From: Candidatus Kaiserbacteria bacterium
Lineage (GTDB): Bacteria; Patescibacteriota; Minisyncoccia; Phycocordibacterales; UBA2100
NCBI GenBank assembly: GCA_016186695.1
Contig: JACPLC010000003.1
Coordinates: 1-49,318 of the forward strand
DNA length: 49,318 nucleotides
Reading direction: 5' to 3'
Shown here piece after piece: positions 38,053-47,065 of this stretch; the stretch's first letter is position 1, and every line of letters begins with the position of its first letter. A program made the position numbers and the translations under genes. The notes beneath the pieces were generated by a model, which saw only the letters and a list, made by a program, of their open reading frames with translations, made no database searches and was not told the DNA's origin.

Positions 38053-38176
38053 GCACCGCGAAATGTGCGCGGCAGGTTGTGAGCCGTCTTCTCGCAGCGC
38101 GTCGGCGCGAGAGGGAGCGCCGTGCGAGCACGCACGGACGCGACGGCGAACACCTGCTGCGGGCGTTTCGCGGTGC
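38053..38176. other. Long GC-rich structured element between convergent rpsA and pth
   Basis: Nested stems GCACCGCGAAA/TTTCGCGGTGC, CGCGGCAGGT/ACCTGCTGCG and GCCGTC/GACGGC with a branched apex. Confidence 0.6.
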
Positions 38177-38766
38177 TAATTAAACTTATTCATCGCTCGT
38201 TCACGGCCATCGCGCACGATTGTTTCGAGTGCATCCGCGACCCGTTTGAAAACTGGCTTCAGTGTGGCGAGCTCGTGTGCACGAAACTTCGTGAGAATAA
38301 AATTGTTGACCACCTTCTTCCCTTCCGGTTTTCGCAGAGTACCGGTTGCCGTCGATGGCGAGACGCCGATACGCACGCGGGTAAACTTCTGCGTCTTCAC
38401 CGAGCGAATTATCGACTCAAGTCCCTTGTGTCCACCGCTTCCACGGTCAAATGAGATCTTTATCTTGCCAAGCGGCAGATCCAGATCGTCATGCACGACC
38501 ACCATCCGCTCGGCCGCTTTCTGATTTTTGACGTATTTTGCGAGGGCTGTGCCTGATTTATTCATAAATGTGTCGGGAAGCACCAAGGCAACGGCTGTTT
38601 TGCCCACCATGCCGCCCCCCGTGATCGATTTTTTCGCTTTATCCGGCTTAAAGCCGTTCAATCCCGCAGTTTTTGCGAAAAATTCGACCGCCATACGGCC
38701 GCAATTATGCCGCGTCGAGTCATATTCCTCTCCCGGATTCCCCAAACCGACGATGACCCAAGCCAT
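38176..38766 (-). CDS. pth: Peptidyl-tRNA hydrolase
   Basis: IVGLGNPG, TRHNCG, FMNKSG, VHDDLD, GGHKGL, RVRIGV. Confidence 0.97.
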   Translation of the reverse strand: MAWVIVGLGNPGEEYDSTRHNCGRMAVEFFAKTAGLNGFKPDKAKKSITGGGMVGKTAVALVLPDTFMNKSGTALAKYVKNQKAAERMVVVHDDLDLPLGKIKISFDRGSGGHKGLESIIRSVKTQKFTRVRIGVSPSTATGTLRKPEGKKVVNNFILTKFRAHELATLKPVFKRVADALETIVRDGRERAMNKFN

Positions 38767-38822
38767 AACGCGCCATTCTATCAGAAAATTTCCTTATTAC
38801 CTCACCCAAAGCATGCAAATGA

Positions 38823-38920
38823 GGCGCGATGTGGCGGCTGGAGACTCTCGAGTTCGGCGGAACGAGAGCGGAGAAATTTTTCAGCAGAAAAATTTCGTAC
38901 TCCAGCCGCCATTTCGTGCC
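38823..38920. other. Three-way-junction structured element between divergent pth and lepB
   Basis: Stem TGGCGGCTGGAG/CTCCAGCCGCCA enclosing CTCTCG/CGAGAG and GAAATTTTTC/GAAAAATTTC hairpins. Confidence 0.6.
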
Positions 38921-38982
38921 GAAGCTACATGCAACACTCCCCCCGCTTGGTGTCAATGCATGCGGGAGAGTAGAATGCCGCG

Positions 38983-39579
38983 ATGGAACATCCCGTGATG
39001 AAGGGAAACACATCACCGGAGACTCAAAAAAAGAATTCGCAGGGCTCACTCTTGGGTTATACAGTTGTCGCGCTCGGCCTTGCTCTCTTTATCCGTTTTT
39101 TTGTCGCGGCGCCGTACGTCGTTTCGGGCGCTTCGATGGATCCGGGCTTTGAAGACTGGCACTACCTCATTATTGACCGTATCTCGTACGATATCGGCGA
39201 CCCACAAAGGGGCGACGTCATTGTTTTCGACCTTCCGCAAGAGGGCGGACGCTCACTCATCAAGCGTGTTATCGGCATCCCTGGAGAAACCGTCATTCTC
39301 AACGGGCAGAGCGTGACCATTGTGAACGAAAAACACCCGAAAGGATTCACTCTTGAGGAACCCTACCTCGACCCCAAGAATCTCGAAGGCTCAAACGACA
39401 TGCGTGTCACGCTCGGGGAGGATGAATATTTCGTGCTCGGCGACAATCGCCGTGTTTCGGCAGACTCGCGCATCTGGGGAACGCTTGCCCGCGAGAACAT
39501 TGTCGGCCGCGCACTCATCCGTCTCTACCCGCTCGATCAAATCTCACTCCTGCCCGGAGAAGCGCGGTACGAAGAATAA
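38983..39579 (+). CDS. lepB: Signal peptidase I
   Basis: GASMDP (Ser), LIKRVIG (Lys), GDNRRVSADSR. Confidence 0.96.
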   Translation: MEHPVMKGNTSPETQKKNSQGSLLGYTVVALGLALFIRFFVAAPYVVSGASMDPGFEDWHYLIIDRISYDIGDPQRGDVIVFDLPQEGGRSLIKRVIGIPGETVILNGQSVTIVNEKHPKGFTLEEPYLDPKNLEGSNDMRVTLGEDEYFVLGDNRRVSADSRIWGTLARENIVGRALIRLYPLDQISLLPGEARYEE

Positions 39580-39719
39580 ATCCGAAGTACGAAATCCTAA
39601 ACTCGAAACAAATTCGAAATATGAAATTCGAAATCAAAAACGAAATGCCGAGTTCGTTTCGAACTTTGAATTTGAAAATTTGTGCTTGTTTAGGATTTCG
39701 AGTTTAGGATTTAGAATTT
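39578..39719. repeat. Heptamer tandem/inverted repeat (AAATCCG-like left arm, AGGATTT-like right arm)
   Basis: aaatccg aagtacg aaatcct aaactcg ... aggattt cgagttt aggattt agaattt. Confidence 0.85.
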
Positions 39720-39721
39720 TT

Positions 39722-40915
39722 ATGCTTCGGCTCAAAGACACGCAGTATCAGAGTACGGCATTATTTCTCCAGTCCGCTATCGCGATCGCGGAATATTTCG
39801 GATTCACTCCGCTCGAAGAAATGCCGCGTAGAGACCCTTCCCAGATCAGAGAAATGCGCCGGAGAGCGCGCACAAACGAAAAGGAAATCTCTTTCGCACG
39901 CAAGGAGGAGCGACCGCTTGCGGGAGTGGCAAAACGCTGTGCTCTGCTTGCGCGCCCTTCCGAAGAATCGCTTCTCGTGTGGCGCATCAGCAAAGATACG
40001 AAAGGAAACGTCCCAACGGTCTCGCTCGAGCTTCACATCATCGGCACGCAATCTGCGATTGCAGAAGCACTCCTCATTGTGATTGCCAACTCGATCGCGC
40101 GGGAAGCCGGAGCGCCCGAGCGCGTGCTCTCGATCAACAACATTGGTTCGCCCGAATCGTCGGGGCGCTTCGTGCGCGACGTTGCGACTTTCCTACGCAA
40201 ACATATCGAATCGATATCCGCAACCTTGAGGCCGCGCGCGGCCACTGACCCTCTTGGAACGTTGATTGCGCTTATCGAGCGCGGCCATCCTGTGGTTCCG
40301 CGCTCGCCACAACCGATGGAGTACCTTACCGAGGAAGAGCGCCGGAAGTTCTGGGAACTGCTCGAGTACCTCGAGATGTTCGGGCTCCCCTACGAGCTTA
40401 GCCCGAGCGTTTTGGGAAGCCGCGATTGCTGGGCACATTCACTCTTCCAGATCTCCGTTATTGATCCTGAGAGCCACTCGCGGGTACCGATTGCGTTCGG
40501 CGGTCGCTACGATCCGCTCGCAGCGCGTTTTGCCGCCGCGCCGCTTCCCGCCTCGATGATCGCGATCACCTGCGAGATACGCGGCAAAGTCCGCGTAAAG
40601 CGCGAACCCATGGCCACCCCTTCCATCTACTTCGCACACCTAGGCGCGGAAGCGCGCCGCCGCTCGCTTTCTGTCTTGGAGAGCCTGCGCGAAGCCGGCA
40701 TTCCTGTGCGGCACGGGCTCTATCACGAACGCATCGGAGAGCAGATGGCGGCGGCACGCCGACACGCCGCTCCCTGCGTCCTTATCATGGGACACAAAGA
40801 AGCAGTCGAGGGAACGATCCTCGTGCGGGAGGTCGCGACAAATTCGCAAGATGCGATCCCGCTCCCGGAGCTCACCGGCTATTTGAAACGCAGGAGATTT
40901 GCCTCTGTCGCCTGA
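39722..40915 (+). CDS. Histidyl-tRNA synthetase-like paralog (degenerate catalytic domain, anticodon-binding domain retained)
   Basis: INNIGSPESS, FGGRYD, C-terminal HGTP-like domain; class II motif 2 not recognisable; the ORF-track start runs through a repeat. Confidence 0.75.
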   Translation: MLRLKDTQYQSTALFLQSAIAIAEYFGFTPLEEMPRRDPSQIREMRRRARTNEKEISFARKEERPLAGVAKRCALLARPSEESLLVWRISKDTKGNVPTVSLELHIIGTQSAIAEALLIVIANSIAREAGAPERVLSINNIGSPESSGRFVRDVATFLRKHIESISATLRPRAATDPLGTLIALIERGHPVVPRSPQPMEYLTEEERRKFWELLEYLEMFGLPYELSPSVLGSRDCWAHSLFQISVIDPESHSRVPIAFGGRYDPLAARFAAAPLPASMIAITCEIRGKVRVKREPMATPSIYFAHLGAEARRRSLSVLESLREAGIPVRHGLYHERIGEQMAAARRHAAPCVLIMGHKEAVEGTILVREVATNSQDAIPLPELTGYLKRRRFASVA

Positions 40916-40976
40916 CACCGCCGGTTTGCAAAATTGGGGTTGCCTATAGCTCTTTCCTCTGCTACACTCCCGCGAC

Positions 40977-41279
40977 ATGAGTGTTAATGCAGAGGTCCAG
41001 AAGAGCGGGAACGAAACCGCGATTTCCATCATCCGGAAATTCAGCCGCCGCGTGCAGGGCGCCGGCGTGATGAAAACAATGCGCGATCGTCGCTACTTTG
41101 CGCGCGACACTTCCAAGATCGTAAAAAAGAAACGCGCGCTTAAACTCCTGAAACGCCGCGCCGAATATAAACAGCTCGTCAAGGAAGGAAAGATTGCTGA
41201 GGCGCCCGTGCGCGGACGCCACGGCCCTACAAGAGATTCTTCGCAGCGGCTCGGCGAAGGCACTCCTATTGCACGTTAG
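40977..41279 (+). CDS. rpsU: 30S ribosomal protein S21
   Basis: EVQKSGNE...IRKFSRRVQGAGV...RRYF; promoter TTGCCT-17-TACACT upstream. Confidence 0.85.
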   Translation: MSVNAEVQKSGNETAISIIRKFSRRVQGAGVMKTMRDRRYFARDTSKIVKKKRALKLLKRRAEYKQLVKEGKIAEAPVRGRHGPTRDSSQRLGEGTPIAR

Positions 41280-41281
41280 AG

Positions 41282-41668
41282 ATGCGTCGTTCCCCGTCGG
41301 TCGAAGTGAGAAACATGATCCGCGGCACCGTGCCGCGGATCCCGTTTGAGAAAATCGCACGTAAAATCCTCGGGAGGCACTACCAGCTCTCGCTTGTTAT
41401 TTGCGGCGATTCGCTCGCGAAGAAAATGAACCGTGCATATCGCAAGAAAACGTATGCGGCAAACGTGCTTTCTTTTCCACTCGATAAAAACGAAGGGGAG
41501 ACTTTTTTGAACATCCACGCAGCTCGGCGGGAAGCAAAAATATATGATGTTAGCCTTCGGGCCCGCCTCACGCTCCTTTTTGTACATGCGTGCCTGCATC
41601 TCAAGGGCATGCGACACGGGCAAGCAATGGAACGGAAAGAACAGCAGTTCCTAAAACTGTTTGTCTAA
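41282..41668 (+). CDS. ybeY: rRNA maturation RNase YbeY
   Basis: MNRAYRKK, NVLSF, HACLHLKGMRH. Confidence 0.92.
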   Translation: MRRSPSVEVRNMIRGTVPRIPFEKIARKILGRHYQLSLVICGDSLAKKMNRAYRKKTYAANVLSFPLDKNEGETFLNIHAARREAKIYDVSLRARLTLLFVHACLHLKGMRHGQAMERKEQQFLKLFV

Positions 41669-41723
41669 ACTATCCCCGCTTGTCCCTGTTTCTCGGGCAA
41701 AACGGCGCGGTACAATAACGCTA

Positions 41724-42893
41724 ATGCGTAAGATCTATACCGGCATCGATATCGGCACCTACCACGTGAAAGTCGTGATCGCCGCTGCCGGCGAATCGCC
41801 CGAGCTCCCTATGCAGATCCTCGGCACCGGTACCTCGAATTCAAAGGGCATGCGGCATGGCTATATCATCGACACGAGAGAGGCGACCAAGAGCGTCCGC
41901 GAGGCACTGCATCGCGCGGCAAGTCAGGCGAAAGTACGCGTGCGAAGAGCACGCATCGCGCTCGGCGGGGTGGGGCTCGATGAGGTGCGCTCGACCGGCG
42001 AGGTAACGCTCACCGCCTCCGGCGGTATCGTCACGGAGCACGAGATGGAGCGCGCGCTTCGTGAGAGCGAGAAGCGCGCGTCGTCGAAACTCACCAACCG
42101 TACTGTCCTGCACACCATCCCGCTGGAATTTCGCGTAGACGGCACGAAAGTCTTCGGAAAGCCGCAGGGCCTGCAAGGCACGAAGCTTTCGGTGGACGCT
42201 ATTTTGATTACGATTTTGACCCACCACCACGATGACCTCGTCGAGGCGGTTGAAAATGCGGGAGTCGAAGTGGATGGCATCATGGCAGCGCCTCTCTCGG
42301 CCTCGCTCGTAACGCTCACGAAGGCCCAGAAGACAGCGGGAGTCGTGCTTGCAAACATCGGCTCGGAAACATTCTCTATCGCTGTTTTTGAGAACGACGT
42401 TCCGATCTCGATCAAAGTATTTCCCGTTGGCTCTTCCGATATCACCAACACGATTGCGCTTTCGCTGCGAATCCCGCTGCCGGAAGCGGAACAAATGAAG
42501 CGCGGCGCGGTGACGGGAAGTGATGTGCCGCCACGGCAAATGCTCGGGATCGTCTCGACGCGTTTGAAAGATATGTTTGCGCTCGTGAACGCGCATCTCA
42601 AAGAGATCGGCCGCCTGCGCCTCCTTCCGGCAGGCATCGTTATCACCGGCGGTGGCTCCGGCCTTTCGGGCGTCTCCGACGTCGCACGGGCAATTTTGAA
42701 ACTTCCCTCACAGGTTTCCCAGATAGGCTACCTTCCGCGATCTTCTTCTGTCGACGCAACATGGGCTGTCGCCTACGGTCTCTGCCGCTGGGCATATGCC
42801 GAAGAAGTCGCCGGAAGCGGACACACACTCGGCGAGATAATCGAGAACGCGTGGGACTCGGTGAAGCAGGCCGTACGCTCTCTTCTTCCATAA
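41724..42893 (+). CDS. ftsA: Cell division protein FtsA
   Basis: GIDIGT, SKGMRHG, NIGSET, AEQMKR, GIVITGGGS; upstream of ftsZ. Confidence 0.95.
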   Translation: MRKIYTGIDIGTYHVKVVIAAAGESPELPMQILGTGTSNSKGMRHGYIIDTREATKSVREALHRAASQAKVRVRRARIALGGVGLDEVRSTGEVTLTASGGIVTEHEMERALRESEKRASSKLTNRTVLHTIPLEFRVDGTKVFGKPQGLQGTKLSVDAILITILTHHHDDLVEAVENAGVEVDGIMAAPLSASLVTLTKAQKTAGVVLANIGSETFSIAVFENDVPISIKVFPVGSSDITNTIALSLRIPLPEAEQMKRGAVTGSDVPPRQMLGIVSTRLKDMFALVNAHLKEIGRLRLLPAGIVITGGGSGLSGVSDVARAILKLPSQVSQIGYLPRSSSVDATWAVAYGLCRWAYAEEVAGSGHTLGEIIENAWDSVKQAVRSLLP

Positions 42894-42970
42894 AACGCAA
42901 ATAAGCGAGATAACAGAGACACAAAAGTGTCAAGTTTGTGCTTTTCTCGAAAGTGATACTATTGCCCCAA

Positions 42971-43100
42971 TATGCCCCGCACACGAAACGGCATAACTTC
43001 GTCACTCGCAGGGGCAGCGGGGATGAACGTCGATTTTATTACCGGACAGACTAAGCTTTACGGAGCGGCATCCATGATGCCGTTTCGTGTGTAGGGTATG
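42971..43100 (+). promoter_or_regulatory. Structured ftsZ leader; long-range stem covers the start codon
   Basis: TATGCCC-c-GCACACGAAACGGCAT pairs with ATGCCGTTTCGTGTGT-a-GGGTATG. Confidence 0.55.
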
Positions 43101-44276
43101 ACCAAGCAGGTGAAGCCCGATGTGGAGTCGTTCGCGAGAATTCGGGTTGTGGGAGTCGGGGGTTCGGGCGGAAATGCGGTCAATCACATGGTCGCAAGCC
43201 ATGTGCTGGGCGTTGATTTCATTGCGGTCAACACCGACGGTCAGGATCTCCACAAGAATAAATCGAAGCGCAAGATCCACATCGGGAAAGCCCTCACGCG
43301 TGGATTAGGCACCGGCATGAATGTCGATTTGGGGAAGCAAGCCGCCGATGAGACACGCGAGGAAATTCAGGACGCGATAAAAGGCTCCGATATGGTCTTC
43401 GTGACCTGTGGCATGGGTGGAGGCACGGGCACCGGCGCGGCACCCGTCGTCTCAAAGATCGCGCGCGAAATGGGAGCGCTTACCGTCGGTGTCGTCACCA
43501 AACCCTTCAGCTTCGAGGGAGCGCAGCGTGCGAGGCTTGCCGAGCAGGGTATTTCAGAACTCCGGAAAGCCGTCGACGCTGTCATCGTCATTCCCAACGA
43601 TAAGCTCCTCTCTATCGTCACACGCGAAACGGGGATAAAGAATGCCTTCGCGATGTGCGACGACATCTTGAAGCAGGCGGTGGAAGGAATCTCCGACATC
43701 ATCACGCAAACGGGCATCATCAACGTCGACTTCGCCGATGTCCGCGCTGTCATGCAAAACGCAGGGAGTGCTCTCATGGGCATCGGCACAGGGATCGGCG
43801 AGAAGCGCGCCGAGCTTGCCGCGCGTGCCGCAATCAATTCTCCGCTTCTCGATGTTTCGATCCACGGCGCAAAAGGCGTTCTCTTCTCGATCGCAGGCGG
43901 CGAGGATTTGGGAATGCTCGAGGTGCAGGATGCCGCCAACGTCATCACCGAGGCAATCGATCCGGATGCGAAGGTCATCTTCGGCGCGGTTACCGATCCC
44001 TTGCTCAAGAAAGGCGCGGTACGCGTGACGGTGATAGCGACAGGTTTCCCCGAGGCAGGAGCGTCGCGGGCATCACTTTTCGGAGGCGGCGCGCAACGCT
44101 TTACCACGAAGAAAGAGGCTGACGTCCCACCCGCAACAACACGCGATCGTGATGAAAAGAAGAATGAAAAATCTGCGCACACCGATAAGCCGAAAGCCAA
44201 AGAGCCAGTACGCGTTGCTGCAGAAGACGAAGACGAAGGATGGGGCGGCTTGCCGTCGTTCCTCCGGAGAAAGTAG
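43098..44276 (+). CDS. ftsZ: Cell division protein FtsZ
   Basis: GVGGSGGNAV, GMGGGTGTG, INVDFADV, C-terminal PSFLRRK. Confidence 0.99.
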   Translation: MTKQVKPDVESFARIRVVGVGGSGGNAVNHMVASHVLGVDFIAVNTDGQDLHKNKSKRKIHIGKALTRGLGTGMNVDLGKQAADETREEIQDAIKGSDMVFVTCGMGGGTGTGAAPVVSKIAREMGALTVGVVTKPFSFEGAQRARLAEQGISELRKAVDAVIVIPNDKLLSIVTRETGIKNAFAMCDDILKQAVEGISDIITQTGIINVDFADVRAVMQNAGSALMGIGTGIGEKRAELAARAAINSPLLDVSIHGAKGVLFSIAGGEDLGMLEVQDAANVITEAIDPDAKVIFGAVTDPLLKKGAVRVTVIATGFPEAGASRASLFGGGAQRFTTKKEADVPPATTRDRDEKKNEKSAHTDKPKAKEPVRVAAEDEDEGWGGLPSFLRRK

Positions 44277-44342
44277 AATTAAGAATAAGGAATAAAGAAT
44301 GATACGTTATAATGTCGTATCGACTTTTCTATTCTTGATTCC
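44274..44342. repeat. Heptamer tandem/inverted repeat (AAGAATA-like)
   Basis: tagaatt aagaata aggaata aagaatg ... ctattct tgattcc around a GATACG/CGTATC hairpin. Confidence 0.55.
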
Positions 44343-45269
44343 ATGCCTTACGATCTCATAATTGTCGGTGGTGGTCCTGCGGGAGTCGCCGCGGCAGTCT
44401 ATGCTGCGCGCAAGCGCCTGAAAACCCTGCTCGTCGTTGATGAGTGGGGTGGGCAGAGCAACGTTTCGCTCGACGTGCAGAACTGGATCGGTACACCCTC
44501 CATCTCCGGATTGGATCTTGCGAAAAATCTCCGCTCTCACGTGGAAGCATACAAGGATGGCTACATTGAGATTGTCTCTCCGGCGCGCGCCGCTTCTCTT
44601 GATACTGCGACGGAAAAGATAACGGTGACACTCAAGGATGGCTCAAAAAAAGAGACGCGCGCGCTCCTCGTCACAAGCGGCGCGCGCCGGCGCGCGCTTG
44701 ATATTCCGGGTGCCAAAGAATACGACCAAAAGGGCCTTACCTACTGCGCCTCTTGCGATGGCCCCTTATTTGCCGACAAAGATGTCGCGGTGATCGGCGG
44801 CGGAAATGCCGGATTTGAAACAGCACTCCAGCTCCTCGCATACTGCAAGAGTGTAACCCTCTTGCACCGCGGAGACGCCTTCAAAGCCGACGAGATAACG
44901 GTGAGCGCAGCAACGGCGCACAAAAACATGCGCGCACTTTTGAATGCCGCTCCGACAGAAGTCATCGGAGAGACCTTTGTGACCGGCTTGAAATGGAAAG
45001 ACGGAAAGACCGGCAAAGAAGAATTGCTGCCAGTGGAGGGAATTTTTGTCGAAATCGGGCTTTTACCGAATACGGAGTGGATAGGAGACAAACTTGAGAT
45101 GAACACCGTCAAACAAATAAAAGTTGACCCGAAAAACCAGCGCACCTCGCACCCGCGCGTATGGGCGGCGGGCGACGTCACCGACGGCCTCTACCATCAG
45201 AACAACATCGCCGCCGGCGACGCCGTCAAAGCCCTCGAGGACATCTACATGTCTTTGCACAGGACTTGA
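44343..45269 (+). CDS. trxB: Thioredoxin reductase/AhpF-like FAD oxidoreductase
   Basis: GGGPAG, YCASCDG, VIGGGNAG, WAAGDVT. Confidence 0.9.
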   Translation: MPYDLIIVGGGPAGVAAAVYAARKRLKTLLVVDEWGGQSNVSLDVQNWIGTPSISGLDLAKNLRSHVEAYKDGYIEIVSPARAASLDTATEKITVTLKDGSKKETRALLVTSGARRRALDIPGAKEYDQKGLTYCASCDGPLFADKDVAVIGGGNAGFETALQLLAYCKSVTLLHRGDAFKADEITVSAATAHKNMRALLNAAPTEVIGETFVTGLKWKDGKTGKEELLPVEGIFVEIGLLPNTEWIGDKLEMNTVKQIKVDPKNQRTSHPRVWAAGDVTDGLYHQNNIAAGDAVKALEDIYMSLHRT

Positions 45270-45320
45270 AAATGAAGACCGCCCGGAAGAGCGGTCTCCG
45301 AGCGGTTGCTGGATTTGGAC

Positions 45321-45614
45321 TTATCCTTTGGCCAACTCAACTGTAAGCACTAGCGCCCAGATTGTTGCTGCGCGGGCATTTGGGTCATTCGGGTGCGGCC
45401 TCGGATTCGGGCCACTGCGACAGACAACCGTGTCGCCGTTGATGGGAGCCGGAACCTTCTCGCCGACAAACGGACGCCGAATCTTGCCATTCTCGTATAC
45501 GCCCATGACAGAAGCAGGAAGAAAAACCGTAACCCCGTCGGGAGATGTCGCAAGCCCGTAACCCTTGCCTGCATCAAAGAACCTGACTGCACACCTCTCA
45601 AGATCGTCAGCCAT
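45321..45614 (-). CDS. Divergent cold-shock-domain protein
   Basis: VRFFDAGKGYGLA...VTVFL (RNP1/RNP2-like). Confidence 0.65.
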   Translation of the reverse strand: MADDLERCAVRFFDAGKGYGLATSPDGVTVFLPASVMGVYENGKIRRPFVGEKVPAPINGDTVVCRSGPNPRPHPNDPNARAATIWALVLTVELAKG

Positions 45615-45700
45615 GACGAAACTCCTGATGTTTGAGAAAACAATAACTGCAGTGCGAGCAGATACTAGCTGTTATGAAAAAAAATCAACTTTATCTGGCT

Positions 45701-46672
45701 TCAGTGCCTGAAATGGCGGACGCCGGTGAAGACCATTGCCATGCCGAATGTGTCGGCGGCGTCAATTGAGTCTTGGTCTTTTTGTGAGCCGCCGGGCTGG
45801 ATGATTGCCGTTGCGCCTGCCGCGTGTGCGGCTTCGACAGTGTCGGGGAACGGAAAAAATGCATCGGAGGCCATGACCGAGCCTTGAATCCGATGAGGTC
45901 TGACCTCATCGGATTTCATAGCAGCGAGACGAGCCGAATCGATGCGACTCATTTGCCCCGCGCCGATGCCGACGGTCGCGCCATCTTTCGCATAGACGAT
46001 TGCGTTCGATTTGACGTGCTTGCACACAGTAAATGCAAATTCGAGGTCTTTCATCTCCTGCGGCGTCGGCGCGCGTTTGGTGACGACTTTGGTCTCGGCG
46101 ACAGTCGTGTTGTCGCAGCTCTGCACGAGCACGCTTCCGGCGATCGAACGGAGCGTAAGCGATGATGCCTTTGGATCGGGCATGCTGCCGGTGAGAAGAA
46201 CACGCACATTTGGTTTGCCCGAAAGTATTTTGAGCGCAGCATCGTCGGCCTCGGGAACAATGACAACTTCGAGAAATAGTTTGACGAGCTCGTCGGCAGT
46301 TGCGGCGTCGAGCGTGCGATTCAGCGCGACGATGCCGCCAAAAGCAGAAACGGGGTCACACGCGAGTGCTTTTTTGTACGCTTCAAGCGGCGCCGCGCCG
46401 AGCGCGGCGCCGCATGGGTTCGTATGTTTAACGATGACGCACGCAGGCTCAGAGAATTCCGCGACGCACTCAAACGCCGCATCGGCATCGAGGAGATTGT
46501 TGTACGAAAGATCTTTTCCTTGCACCTTTCGCGCGTTCGCGGCACCCGGCCGCTCGGAATCGAGCGGGTTTTTGTAGAGCGCTGCGCTCTGGTGGGGATT
46601 TTCGCCGTAGCGAAGGATCTCGCGTCGTTCGAGGTCAAGTTTTAGTTTCTCCGGCAAATCCGGCTCTACCAT
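45701..46672 (-). CDS. purH: AICAR transformylase domain of PurH only (no IMP cyclohydrolase domain)
   Basis: [55 protein letters not shown]. Confidence 0.9.
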   Translation of the reverse strand: MVEPDLPEKLKLDLERREILRYGENPHQSAALYKNPLDSERPGAANARKVQGKDLSYNNLLDADAAFECVAEFSEPACVIVKHTNPCGAALGAAPLEAYKKALACDPVSAFGGIVALNRTLDAATADELVKLFLEVVIVPEADDAALKILSGKPNVRVLLTGSMPDPKASSLTLRSIAGSVLVQSCDNTTVAETKVVTKRAPTPQEMKDLEFAFTVCKHVKSNAIVYAKDGATVGIGAGQMSRIDSARLAAMKSDEVRPHRIQGSVMASDAFFPFPDTVEAAHAAGATAIIQPGGSQKDQDSIDAADTFGMAMVFTGVRHFRH

Positions 46673-47018
46673 TGCTCCAAGATAACATAACAAGCGCCAA
46701 AGCCATTGCCGCTATAGATATGTCGCGGAAAAGCACTTGAAAGTTACTGGGGTTGAACATAACGATTCCCAGTAACATTGCCGCCGCAATAAGAGAGGGC
46801 CAGAAAATCCTCCATCCTGAAAGAATCCACAGAGCGATACCTACCTCGACAACGCCGAATGCATGCAGAAGTATCGCGTCGGGCACATATCCTTTAACGA
46901 ACGCCGGAAAATACCCTATCCACGAGTTCGGGTCAACGAGGGCATTGAGTGGAGGATAAAGGAACGCAAATGCAACGCCCGCGCGAAGTAAGAGATGGGC
47001 GACTTTCTCCGCATTCAT
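46635..47018 (-). CDS. DoxX-like membrane protein
   Basis: [26 protein letters not shown]; four hydrophobic segments. Confidence 0.75.
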   Translation of the reverse strand: MNAEKVAHLLLRAGVAFAFLYPPLNALVDPNSWIGYFPAFVKGYVPDAILLHAFGVVEVGIALWILSGWRIFWPSLIAAAMLLGIVMFNPSNFQVLFRDISIAAMALALVMLSWSNGRAGFAGETKT

Positions 47019-47065
47019 GCTACTAGTAGTGAGCTTGCTTGTGGTGAGTGTATCGAATCATCGAA

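Noticed and set aside
38053-38176. SRP (4.5S) RNA
   Set aside because: The size fits, but the conserved CAGG...GGAA...AGCAG helix-8 motif was not found on either strand.
39353-39721. 123-aa N-terminal extension of the HisS-like ORF
   Set aside because: It overlaps lepB and translates the heptamer repeat; the start is better placed at 39722.
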